This document shows, one piece after another, positions 9,429-10,195 of a stretch of DNA of 10,195 nt. Location: IMG/VR virus record IMGVR_UViG_2737471845_000013; one strand, written 5' to 3'. A model generated the notes under the pieces. That model made no database searches, was not told the origin of the DNA, and saw only the letters and a list, made by a program, of their open reading frames with translations. Within the stretch, counting starts at the first letter, position 1. Each line of letters starts with the position of its first letter. Position numbers and translations under genes: made by a program. Origin of the DNA: a virus (Duplodnaviria > Heunggongvirae > Uroviricota > Caudoviricetes).

Positions 9429-9455
9429 AGCCCGCCGGTTCAGGCGGGCTTTTTT
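9429..9455 (+). terminator. Intrinsic (Rho-independent) terminator downstream of lom
   Basis: GC-rich 7-bp stem GCCCGCC (9430-9436) / GGCGGGC (9443-9449) with a 6-nt loop (GGTTCA), followed by TTTTTT (9450-9455). Confidence 0.75.
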
Positions 9456-9466
9456 GTGGGGTGAAT

Positions 9467-10195
9467 ATGGCAGTAAAGATTTCAGGTGTACTGAAAGACG
9501 GCACAGGAAAACCAGTACAGAACTGCACAATCCAGCTGAAAGCAAAACGTAACAGCACCACGGTGGTGGTGAACACGCTGGCCTCAGAAAATCCGGATGA
9601 AGCCGGGCGTTACAGCATGGACGTTGAGTACGGTCAGTACAGCGTTATTCTGTTGGTGGAAGGATTCCCGCCGTCACATGCCGGGACCATCACCGTGTAT
9701 GAAGATTCCCAATCCGGTACGCTGAATGATTTTCTCGGTGCCATGACGGAGGATGATGCCCGTCCTGAGGCACTGCGCCGTTTTGAACTGATGGTGGAAG
9801 AGGTGGCGCGTAACGCGTCCGCGGTGGCACAGAACACGGCAGCCGCGAAGAAGTCAGCCAGCGATGCCAGCACATCAGCCCGTGAGGCGGCAACCCATGC
9901 GACTGATGCTGCAGGCTCAGCACGCGCAGCCAGCACGTCAGCTGAACAGGCCGCGTCGTCGGCTCAGTCAGCGTCTTCCAGCGCAGGAACGGCATCAACA
10001 AAGGCCACTGAAGCGGAAAAAAGTGCTGCCGCTGCAGAGTCCTCAAAAAGCGCGGCGGCCACCAGTGCCGCTGCGGCGAAAACGTCAGAAACGAATGCCG
10101 CAGCGTCACAACAATCAGCCGCCACTTCTGCATCCACCGCGACCACGAAAGCGTCAGAAGCTGTCACCTCAGCCAGGGATGCGTCGGCTTCAAAA
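9467..10195 (+). CDS. stf: Side tail fibre protein Stf, N-terminal part (3'-partial; continues beyond the window)
   Basis: ATG at 9467 opens a frame with no stop through base 10195 (243 codons; absent from the ORF track, presumably because it lacks a stop). The translation (MAVKISGVLKDGTGKPVQNCTIQLKAKRNSTTVVVNT...GRYSMDVEYGQYSVIL...FPPSHAGTITVYEDSQ...) closely matches the lambda Stf N-terminus as recalled, followed by the characteristic Ala/Ser/Thr-rich repeat region. Confidence 0.9.
   Translation, partial: MAVKISGVLKDGTGKPVQNCTIQLKAKRNSTTVVVNTLASENPDEAGRYSMDVEYGQYSVILLVEGFPPSHAGTITVYEDSQSGTLNDFLGAMTEDDARPEALRRFELMVEEVARNASAVAQNTAAAKKSASDASTSAREAATHATDAAGSARAASTSAEQAASSAQSASSSAGTASTKATEAEKSAAAAESSKSAAATSAAAAKTSETNAAASQQSAATSASTATTKASEAVTSARDASASK

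Noticed and set aside
1-10195. Possibility that the window encodes a novel defence or accessory system
   Set aside because: Every substantial ORF on the coding strand is accounted for by a lambda tail-module homologue in conserved order, and the intergenic regions are short and explained by ribosome-binding sites and terminators. No unexplained gene-sized space or array-like repeat structure remains. The only accessory gene is the well-known lom moron.

Overview
This window is a canonical lambda-like (siphovirus) tail-tip gene module, all on the + strand and in the same order as in phage lambda: tape measure protein (gpH-like, possibly 5'-truncated by the window edge), then tail tip proteins M, L, K, I, the host-specificity/central tail fibre protein J, the Lom outer-membrane moron bracketed by two intrinsic terminators, and the 5' part of the side tail fibre gene stf running off the 3' end. 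Assignments rest on reading the translated ORFs and recognising strong similarity to the lambda proteins from memory; no database search was run. I do not see a previously undescribed system here: no CRISPR array, RNA genes, transposase or defence-like operon is visible, and the minus-strand ORFs are antisense to well-supported structural genes. The points most worth follow-up are the J C-terminal receptor-binding region (it appears diverged from lambda J while the rest of J is near-identical), the N-terminal region of the tape measure protein (unlike lambda H as I recall it), and the lom moron cassette.
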